Of a stretch of DNA of 63,219 nucleotides, positions 8,435 through 15,155 are shown piece by piece. The notes beneath the pieces are model-generated. The model was given only the letters and a program-made list of their open reading frames with translations. It searched no databases and was not told the origin of the DNA. How positions within the stretch are numbered: the first letter of the stretch is position 1; each line of letters begins with the position of its first letter. Both the position numbers and the translations under genes were made by a program. The DNA is from an uncultured virus (IMG/VR IMGVR_UViG_3300025392_000003) (taxonomy: Duplodnaviria > Heunggongvirae > Uroviricota > Caudoviricetes). The DNA is taken from the IMG/VR virus record IMGVR_UViG_3300025392_000003, one strand, 5' to 3'.

Positions 8435-9150
8435 TTGGTCGTGTTCTCATCTGTGACGGACACTCCCCCCTTTGCTACTCCGGCTTGTAATCCGCCGCTT
8501 GTGCTTTCAATGCTTGTAAAAGCGGTTCGGGTAGTTTCTTCCCCCGTCGCTCGGCTCTGGTCAGAATCCCCGCACACGCTTTCGCGCTCAAATAATACTT
8601 CTGCGGTACTTCGCCAGTCTCTAGAACGTCGGCCAACGATGAAGACACGACGCCGCCGCTGGGGAACTCCGAAGTATTGAGCATCCAACACCCGCCAACT
8701 GACGCCGTACCCGAGGTCAACCAGCGTTCCGACAACTGCTCCCATATCTGCTCCCCGTTGACTTGATAAAAGGCCGGGGACATTTTCGAGGACGAACCAC
8801 TCCGGTTGGAGTTCTTCGATGATGCGCGCGACTTCGTAGAAGAGGCCGCTTCTCTTTCCAGCCAGCCCTGCACGTCTTCCGGCAACGGAAAGGTCTTGGC
8901 AGGGGAATCCACCGACAAGGATTCCGTTTCTTGGGTCAAATCCTGCTGAAATAAGTTGCTCACCCGATACCTCCGTGACATCGTTAAATAGTTTTGTATT
9001 TGGGAACTGCTTTGCCAACACTGCTTGTGCGTGTTTGTCAATTTCTACTGCCGCTACGACATTCACTCCGTTGCGCTCTAGTGCTAAGTCGAAACCGCCC
9101 ACGCCCGCAAATAGTGAAACCGCAGTCATCTGTTTGGTTTCGTTAGCCAT
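8392..9150 (-). CDS. C5 DNA cytosine methyltransferase, catalytic N-terminal subunit (motifs I-VIII only)
   Basis: SLFAGVGG (I), GGFPCQD (IV), LENVPG (VI) and QRRRRVF (VIII); motifs IX/X are absent. Likely start MANETKQ at 9150. Confidence 0.9.
   Translation of the reverse strand: MANETKQMTAVSLFAGVGGFDLALERNGVNVVAAVEIDKHAQAVLAKQFPNTKLFNDVTEVSGEQLISAGFDPRNGILVGGFPCQDLSVAGRRAGLAGKRSGLFYEVARIIEELQPEWFVLENVPGLLSSQRGADMGAVVGTLVDLGYGVSWRVLDAQYFGVPQRRRRVFIVGRRSRDWRSTAEVLFERESVCGDSDQSRATGEETTRTAFTSIESTSGGLQAGVAKGGVSVTDENTTNPFTSQDLLNTQQV
8475..9041 (-). CDS. Nested alternate-frame ORF, putative methyltransferase partner polypeptide (EcoHK31I-beta-like arrangement)
   Basis: 188-aa ORF lying wholly inside the MTase gene in another frame, ending SSLADVLETGEVPQKYYLSAKACAGILTRAERRGKKLP. 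The start position is uncertain. Confidence 0.6.
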   Translation of the reverse strand: MTNTHKQCWQSSSQIQNYLTMSRRYRVSNLFQQDLTQETESLSVDSPAKTFPLPEDVQGWLEREAASSTKSRASSKNSNRSGSSSKMSPAFYQVNGEQIWEQLSERWLTSGTASVGGCWMLNTSEFPSGGVVSSSLADVLETGEVPQKYYLSAKACAGILTRAERRGKKLPEPLLQALKAQAADYKPE

Positions 9151-9196
9151 AGGACTAATGATAACTGATGTGGTGGGGCAAATCAAGCCAATAAAC

Positions 9197-9231
9197 AAAA
9201 AATCCCCACGAACCTTTCGTGAGGACTTTTT
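9197..9231. terminator. Hairpin / bidirectional terminator between the transglycosylase and MTase genes
   Basis: aaaaaatccccacgaacctttcgtgaggacttttt: imperfect stem flanked by A and T runs. Confidence 0.5.
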
Positions 9232-9304
9232 GCTGATACTGATGATTTGGAAAGGAACGCCTTTCGGCATCCACTATAGCGACTTTGGAATACGCCGTGC
9301 CAAC

Positions 9305-9808
9305 CTACCAAGCCGAGCAGTAGCCGTATTGGTCGGGAACATAGTCCTTATAGCCACCGTAAGTTTGGATATGGGTGGCAATCAATACCTGTTGTTCGGG
9401 GGTGGCTTGAGAGGCGTTTTGGGCGAAATCCCGACCGCCGAAATACGCCCAGTTGTAGTTGGTGATTCCTAGACCGCCCGAAAAGATATGGCCTCTGGCT
9501 TTCCAGTTGCCGTTTGTCTCGCAGTGGGCTACCTTGAGCCACTTCTTCATAACCGATGGGGTCACGATAGTAGTTGGGTAGAGGGCATAGGGGCTAGATA
9601 TCGCTTGAGCGTTTATCACTATGGGGGTGATTTCCCTAGTTGGGGTGCTTGCTTGGGCTATCGGTTGTAGCCCGCTCACGGCGAAGATAATCGCTAGGCC
9701 TATAGCCACCGCCGAGGCCGCTTTCGCGCCCATCTCTTCGACACCATCACATAAGTCTTGCCAGATACTACGAATAACACTGCGCATTACTACAGGGTTG
9801 CTTGTCAC
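9305..9808 (-). CDS. Rpf-like transglycosylase with an N-terminal hydrophobic signal or anchor
   Basis: WLKVAHCETNGNW...GGLGI...W...FAQNASQATPEQQVLIA is the Rpf/transglycosylase signature. Confidence 0.85.
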   Translation of the reverse strand: MTSNPVVMRSVIRSIWQDLCDGVEEMGAKAASAVAIGLAIIFAVSGLQPIAQASTPTREITPIVINAQAISSPYALYPTTIVTPSVMKKWLKVAHCETNGNWKARGHIFSGGLGITNYNWAYFGGRDFAQNASQATPEQQVLIATHIQTYGGYKDYVPDQYGYCSAW

Positions 9809-9945
9809 AACGCCTCCTTTGGTCGCCCATTGGGGGTTTTAACCATCCTAGTCGGTTGGGGTATCCGAAGCAAGCAACTGCTGAAATCCCTTTATTTACA
9901 AGGATTTATGCCGTTGGAGAGCCCGAAAATAGTGGGGATAAAGAC

Positions 9946-9974
9946 TTGACAAACACTAGATAGGGGTATAGTAT
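9946..9974 (+). promoter_or_regulatory. Sigma70/SigA-type promoter driving the candidate small RNA
   Basis: TTGACA (9946-9951), 17-nt spacer, TAGTAT (9969-9974). Confidence 0.7.
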
Positions 9975-9981
9975 TACTTAT

Positions 9982-10091
9982 GTAGTATCCGCCGCTGAAA
10001 GGACGGACACGGGGCGAACCTTGAACGCTGCGTGGCGAGAGCCACCGGTCCGCAAGCCTAGCCGGATGTCGCTTTCGGAACCGGATACTGC
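9982..10091 (+). ncRNA. Candidate structured small RNA, family unknown
   Basis: A 10-bp closing stem (GTAGTATCCG / CGGATACTGC) starts at the expected +1; internal GNRA hairpins; no ORF in the track; a terminator follows. Confidence 0.55.
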
Positions 10092-10100
10092 CTAGTCGCT

Positions 10101-10130
10101 GAAACCCCCTAACTTCGGTTGGGGGGTTTC
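10101..10130. terminator. Terminator hairpin shared by the converging sRNA and the 1158-aa gene
   Basis: GAAACCCCCTAAC-TTCG-GTTGGGGGGTTTC. Confidence 0.75.
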
Positions 10131-13100
10131 TTATTCCTCGTCTTCAGTCGAGTCGTCAGTCTGGTCTGGGTGGCCGTAGTTTTCCACCGAATCACCAACC
10201 ACAAGGCGTGGGCCATCAAGGGAATCCTCTAGGAATACCCGTGCGACTTCCCCACCGAACTCTGGCGAGTAGTAAACATTGGGGGATTGGGATTGACTCA
10301 TATCAGCAACGCTACCAGACTTGGCTACCGTAGTTCCAGCCTGTTGCCAGCCGAGAGAGGTAGCAAAGGCTTGGGTTATGGGCGATTGGGTTATCCCTAG
10401 TTGGAATTGGGCGAACGATTCAGCACCTAACTCTTGGAGACTGCTCGTTCCGTATTTGGTTCCACCAATCGCTTTGAGGGCTTTCGTTGTATCCAACGAG
10501 AGAGGGTAGATGCCGGGCTCGTGTTTATCTAGAAAGTCTTTAACTTCACCTCTAGGAACTATTGTCTTTCCACCGAAATTGAGTGCGGGGGTCTTGATGT
10601 TTCTTACGAAATCCCTTTTGCCGCTCTCGTTTTCTTTAGAAAGGTCTACTTTGCTACCCAAAGACTTTTGGAGTTCTGGGATTACATCGGTTATTTTTTT
10701 GCCATCACTAAAGAAGTTGGAGTGGCCTAGTTCGTGGATAATCGTTGACTCAATACGGCGTTGGGAGGACATAAATAGGTCGCCCGTGTTCCAAGTTCGG
10801 CCCAACTTGTCAATCGTAAAGCCCTTAGCCAAATTGGAATTATCAGCAGCCTGAAGCGTTGCCTCGACCTTATCCAAAGCATCACGACCCTCTTGGGTGT
10901 TGATTTCACCCTTTGCCTGTGCGACTGCCGTATCCTTTAGGGAATCCCAATCGGCTTGAGCCTTGATTGCCTCTGGTGTCATATCATCTGTTTGGTAGTT
11001 GGGGCGATACTTTTCTATGCCCGCCTTTAAGTCTCTACCAATAATTCCATAGCGGCCAATCATTAGGGAGTTTGGATTTCCCAAAGAGACAGAAGCAAGG
11101 GTGTTCGCGCCTTGTCTTAGAGTGTGAACAAACTCAACTTGCTTTCCCGTAGCAAATCTGTCAATCGTCATCAAGACGGTATTGGTGTATCGGTCGCCTA
11201 TCTTCCACCCACGCGCTCTTGTGCCGATAATAGCGGTGTTGCCCTTTGCTGAAGAAAAGGTTGTGCAATTAACTATCTTCGGCGGCTTACTCCAATCTCT
11301 AGACGGGATAACTACCGAAGTCGTGCCAGTTTTCTTCCAGCCCGGCGGAATAACTCCCTTGCCGTATGGAACTTTGAGGTCTTCTTGGTAGATAGGCTTA
11401 GGCGTTTCAGCAGTTGGCGTGGCTTTTGGAGCGCGTGGGGTTGATACCCTTGGGGCTTTAGGGGCCGCTGGTGTCTTGTCTCCCGTATCGGTTTTAGGCG
11501 CTCGAGGGCGTGGAACTGGAACTCCGTCTGGCCCCATCATCCACCATTGGTTGCCTCTAAAGGCGTGGCCCTCTTTGTCACCAGACTGTCCGGCTACTCC
11601 TGATTTGGAAACTTGGGTATCGCCCAGCGATAGGCGTGGGTTGCCAACCTTGTCGTGCCATTGGTTAGCAACCTTTAGTGCCGTGTCTAGGTCGCAGGAT
11701 AAACGGCGAATAGGGAGTTTGTAGTCGGGGTTTGCGGCTTTTAGGGCGATTGCCGCCGACCAATAGTGGTGTCCGTCAATAATGTAGTTGTCGCTAGAAA
11801 CGAGTGGAGCGCGCTCGGCGGGTATGCCCTTTTCAGCAAACTCCTTATAAACGCCACCCGTCTTCCAACCATCAATCTCTGTTTGTGAGGGCTTTAGGGT
11901 TTTGGGGTTGACCTCTTCTGCCTTGCTTACAATTCCGTATTCGCTCTGAATATCCTTGAGGAACTCTGCTCGTTGGCTTGGGAGTATTTGGGGCATATGC
12001 TCACGAAGCAAATCAGCATCGTGGTCAGTTTGGAAAGGCTTTTCTCCATCAACTTTTAGGTTCGTAATGTCGTATCCGTGACCACGAGAACCTAAGTCGT
12101 GGATGCCAGAAACCAGACCGGGCAAATCAGCAGAAGCGATTTCGGGGCTCTCGCCAGCATCTAGTTTGGAAACGATACCTGCCGCATACTGATTGCCGTG
12201 GAACTCGTGACCTACGACATCTCCCTTTTCCACCGGGTCGGTTCCGCCAGCCCAAGCACCCCCATCCACCCAAGTTCCATCGTGGATTTCAGCAGGACTG
12301 TGTTGTTCGCCCATCTGGTCTGTAAATCGGGCGGATTCGGCTAGGTCTTTCTCCGAGTTTCCCCTAGCGAGTGCGCTTACGGCATCACCATTCTCGTCAT
12401 TTCCGTAGAGTTTGGAAGCCTCAAAGAATAAGCGTGAGGCATTGGCGTGAGCGTTGGCGGCCGACTCAAAGTGTTCCCTACGGCGAAAATCAAAGGCTTC
12501 TGCCGCTAGTGCTTCTGCTTCCTTTAGTTTCGCGTCCGCTTTTTTCCTATCGGTGTCGGCATCTTTACGGACCGCTTCTGCGGCCTTTTCAGCACGAGCG
12601 ACCATCTTCTTAGCCCACGAGTAGCCAGCATCTCCACCCCACGCATACCACGCCACCTTGCCGGGGCTTGGCTCGTTCCAATGTGGGGTCTGCTTATCAA
12701 CGCCGTGCCTATCAAAGTAGGCTTTCATACGCTTTAGGGTTTCTAGGGATATTGGGTGTCCGTGAGCGAGGTCTGAAGCCCTTTTACGACCTACCGAGGT
12801 AAAGTTCCTACCAGCCTTGCCGTCTGCTATCCACTCCAAAGCCTGTTTCGCTGCTTGTTGAACGGCTTGTGGTGGGGTCTGTGAGTCAAAGGCGGCCTTA
12901 GCCACCGCGATATTTTGGATTTTGGTGAAAGCCGCAATCAATCGGTCGAGGTTGCCGATTAGGTTTCCAAACTGTTCTGTCATACCCATTTGGGAAAACA
13001 AACCACCGAGAGCAAGTAGTTTTGGCTTTAGGATTTCCAAACTACTTAGGGTGACTCCGCCGTTCCAAAGGATAGTAATCAACTCTGGCTTAGGCTCACG

Positions 13101-13607
13101 AGGCCGGAAATTACAAAGGGCGTGGTCAATACCCACTATGTTTCCGTTATCAGCAAACATAATATTCTTGGGGCGTCGGTCGGCGTTGGCTACTAGGTAG
13201 TCAAATAGTCGTAGGGCTACTCCTTGTGGAGTGTCGGGGATATCCTTATCGTTCATTTCAGCACCAGAGCGCCCATCAATAAACGGCATAACGATACTCT
13301 GTGCGTCTTTGCTAGTGAAGTGGCAGTCACGGACAGGGGCGTTCATTACTTCGCCCACACGAGCCGCTAGGTATTCCTGCGCACCGAGAAGTTCGCCACG
13401 ATAGAGGCGACCAGTCTTGTTCCCGACCCAATGCTTGAGTCGCTTCTCAACTCCGTTAGAGCCATCAGCAAACTTAACGAGTTGGAAGCCGTTGTTCTGG
13501 TTTCCAAAGAAAGTCGTGCCAGAAATAGGGTTGCGGTCAACGATTTCCGTGTTGGTGAACTTTACGAAGTTCGGCTGGAAGACTTGCTTTTCCAAACTAC
13601 TTGACAT
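10131..13607 (-). CDS. Polyvalent tagged protein: PI3K/HipA-like kinase + conserved phage domain + ParB/Srx-like domain + HExxH metallopeptidase
   Basis: FDYLVANADRRPKN..GIDH (kinase); RMKAYFDRH..KVAWYAWGGDAG; LKPSQ..DNYIIDGHHYW (ParB-like); IIHELGH..ELGAESF (zincin); two GHxFxGNQ tags. Confidence 0.75.
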   Translation of the reverse strand: MSSSLEKQVFQPNFVKFTNTEIVDRNPISGTTFFGNQNNGFQLVKFADGSNGVEKRLKHWVGNKTGRLYRGELLGAQEYLAARVGEVMNAPVRDCHFTSKDAQSIVMPFIDGRSGAEMNDKDIPDTPQGVALRLFDYLVANADRRPKNIMFADNGNIVGIDHALCNFRPREPKPELITILWNGGVTLSSLEILKPKLLALGGLFSQMGMTEQFGNLIGNLDRLIAAFTKIQNIAVAKAAFDSQTPPQAVQQAAKQALEWIADGKAGRNFTSVGRKRASDLAHGHPISLETLKRMKAYFDRHGVDKQTPHWNEPSPGKVAWYAWGGDAGYSWAKKMVARAEKAAEAVRKDADTDRKKADAKLKEAEALAAEAFDFRRREHFESAANAHANASRLFFEASKLYGNDENGDAVSALARGNSEKDLAESARFTDQMGEQHSPAEIHDGTWVDGGAWAGGTDPVEKGDVVGHEFHGNQYAAGIVSKLDAGESPEIASADLPGLVSGIHDLGSRGHGYDITNLKVDGEKPFQTDHDADLLREHMPQILPSQRAEFLKDIQSEYGIVSKAEEVNPKTLKPSQTEIDGWKTGGVYKEFAEKGIPAERAPLVSSDNYIIDGHHYWSAAIALKAANPDYKLPIRRLSCDLDTALKVANQWHDKVGNPRLSLGDTQVSKSGVAGQSGDKEGHAFRGNQWWMMGPDGVPVPRPRAPKTDTGDKTPAAPKAPRVSTPRAPKATPTAETPKPIYQEDLKVPYGKGVIPPGWKKTGTTSVVIPSRDWSKPPKIVNCTTFSSAKGNTAIIGTRARGWKIGDRYTNTVLMTIDRFATGKQVEFVHTLRQGANTLASVSLGNPNSLMIGRYGIIGRDLKAGIEKYRPNYQTDDMTPEAIKAQADWDSLKDTAVAQAKGEINTQEGRDALDKVEATLQAADNSNLAKGFTIDKLGRTWNTGDLFMSSQRRIESTIIHELGHSNFFSDGKKITDVIPELQKSLGSKVDLSKENESGKRDFVRNIKTPALNFGGKTIVPRGEVKDFLDKHEPGIYPLSLDTTKALKAIGGTKYGTSSLQELGAESFAQFQLGITQSPITQAFATSLGWQQAGTTVAKSGSVADMSQSQSPNVYYSPEFGGEVARVFLEDSLDGPRLVVGDSVENYGHPDQTDDSTEDEE

Positions 13608-14004
13608 AGTTCTTTACTCCACCGTAAAGCCATTGGTTTGCGCTCGTCACGGGTTGCTTGTCGGGCTGAATAAACTTCTGTCCGTTTATCAACTTCCAAC
13701 GGTTAGGTAGAGGTTTGGAACAAGTAGCGCACATACGGCTCTGGGTTCCCGCCGTGAACTGACCAGTTGGCTTACCTTGAGCATCACGCTCAATCCAAGT
13801 TGGGGGAACGCCGATGGTGTTCTGGTGGCCCGAAGCACAGATAGTCATTAGGGTTGCGCGCCAAGGGTCGAAGTGACCTACGCCACCGACCGAGTGCTGG
13901 TTGCCACGAAAGACGTGGCCAGAGAAATCACCCTTGATGAACTCACGATAAACCCCATCTGGGCCAAGCAAATTGCCTCTGCTGAAATCTGATGCGTTCG
14001 TCAT
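13597..14004 (-). CDS. Tagged small protein with a Zn-ribbon-like domain
   Basis: FIKGDFSGHVFRGNQH; CASGH...CATC. Confidence 0.65.
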   Translation of the reverse strand: MTNASDFSRGNLLGPDGVYREFIKGDFSGHVFRGNQHSVGGVGHFDPWRATLMTICASGHQNTIGVPPTWIERDAQGKPTGQFTAGTQSRMCATCSKPLPNRWKLINGQKFIQPDKQPVTSANQWLYGGVKNYVK

Positions 14005-14011
14005 AATCCTA

Positions 14012-14899
14012 TTATTTCACGGATTTTGATAAAACCGGTGGCTTGGTATCAAATCCTTGTAGGGGAACATTGTGTTCCTTATCCCAAGCGAGGCCGACAT
14101 CCATCGCTTTCTTCCAGTCACAGGAGAGTTGATAGACCGGGAATTGAGCCGACTTTCCTGCCAATTTCAGCGCAACGGCAGCGGCCCAAGTGTGGTGTCC
14201 ATCCACTACATAACCATCTTTGGAAACCAAGATTCGCATATTGTCGGGAATACCATCTGGGTTCTTCTTCATAATCGCCCCAGACTTGTCGCCGTTGATT
14301 TCCTTTTGGATTGGCTTTAGGGTCGTGGGGTCAACGGACATTGGCTTTACGGTGATTCCGTCTGACTTCTCAATATCCTTTAGGAATTGGGGGCGTTCGC
14401 TCTCGTCAATTTGGGGCATTTTGCTGCGGGAGTAGCCCTTTCCGTCTAATCCCATAAGGCGAGTTCCGTCAATACGGATGTTGGTTATGTCGTTGCCCTT
14501 TGAGTTAGTTCGGGCCATTTCAGCAATCAAGGCGGGGAAGTGCTGGGCGGAGATAATGGGTTGCTCGCCACGAGTGAGCGCGAAGTGGATTTCTCGAGCC
14601 CAATTCTTTATGCCCTTTGGAGAAGTATCGGCTGGGTCGCTCTTTATGCGGGTGTCGTGGTTTGGAAGTTCGGCGGGCTTTGGCTTTTCGGCAACTGTCG
14701 GCTTGATTGATTCGGTGGTTTCAGCAGTTCCGTAGCGACCGTTTGCCTGATAGCGACTCGAATCTACCTGTCGGGCTGGGGCTTCGCCACCACTCTCGCC
14801 CTCTTGATACTGATTGCCGTGAAAAGCGTGACCTTTGGTATCGCCAGCCTTTGCTAGTCGGACCCACGCCAAGATTTCAGCATTGATGTCCGAAGTCAT
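14012..14899 (-). CDS. Tagged ParB/Srx-like domain protein
   Basis: AEILAWVRLAKAGDTKGHAFHGNQY; LKPIQKEI..ILVSKDGYVVDGHHTWAAA; paralogous to the ParB-like part of 10131..13607. Confidence 0.75.
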   Translation of the reverse strand: MTSDINAEILAWVRLAKAGDTKGHAFHGNQYQEGESGGEAPARQVDSSRYQANGRYGTAETTESIKPTVAEKPKPAELPNHDTRIKSDPADTSPKGIKNWAREIHFALTRGEQPIISAQHFPALIAEMARTNSKGNDITNIRIDGTRLMGLDGKGYSRSKMPQIDESERPQFLKDIEKSDGITVKPMSVDPTTLKPIQKEINGDKSGAIMKKNPDGIPDNMRILVSKDGYVVDGHHTWAAAVALKLAGKSAQFPVYQLSCDWKKAMDVGLAWDKEHNVPLQGFDTKPPVLSKSVK

Positions 14900-14937
14900 A
14901 ACGGGCCTTTCCAAACTAGGATTCCCGATACTTTACC

Positions 14938-15153
14938 CTACTGAATCAAGTTTCCCTGTTCGTTATAGGCCCAACCGGGGATTGCCCCTAATTGGCGTAG
15001 GGCGTTGTCGCCCGTGATTAGTTTGTGGAAGAAGTTGTCGGAGTGTTGCCAGCCGTTAGCCGTAAGGATTTCACCACGATGCTCGTTGTCATAGCGATAC
15101 CCAGCGGCCAAAGAGCCGTCTTTGTATCGGCGTTCGTAGTAAATCCAATCCAT
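14938..15153 (-). CDS. Small protein, putative immunity protein for the upstream RelA/SpoT-like domain
   Basis: 71 aa, aromatic-rich, no tag; starts 2 nt after the toxin-like gene ends. Confidence 0.5.
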   Translation of the reverse strand: MDWIYYERRYKDGSLAAGYRYDNEHRGEILTANGWQHSDNFFHKLITGDNALRQLGAIPGWAYNEQGNLIQ

Positions 15154-15155
15154 AC

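Noticed and set aside
9809..9945. c-di-AMP (ydaO) riboswitch upstream of the Rpf-like gene
   Set aside because: Expected by analogy with actinobacterial rpf genes, but I could not find its conserved sequence blocks on the minus strand.
9982..10091. tRNA or hammerhead ribozyme
   Set aside because: No T-loop (TTCRA) or CCA end in a cloverleaf, and CTGAAAG does not fit the CUGANGA core.
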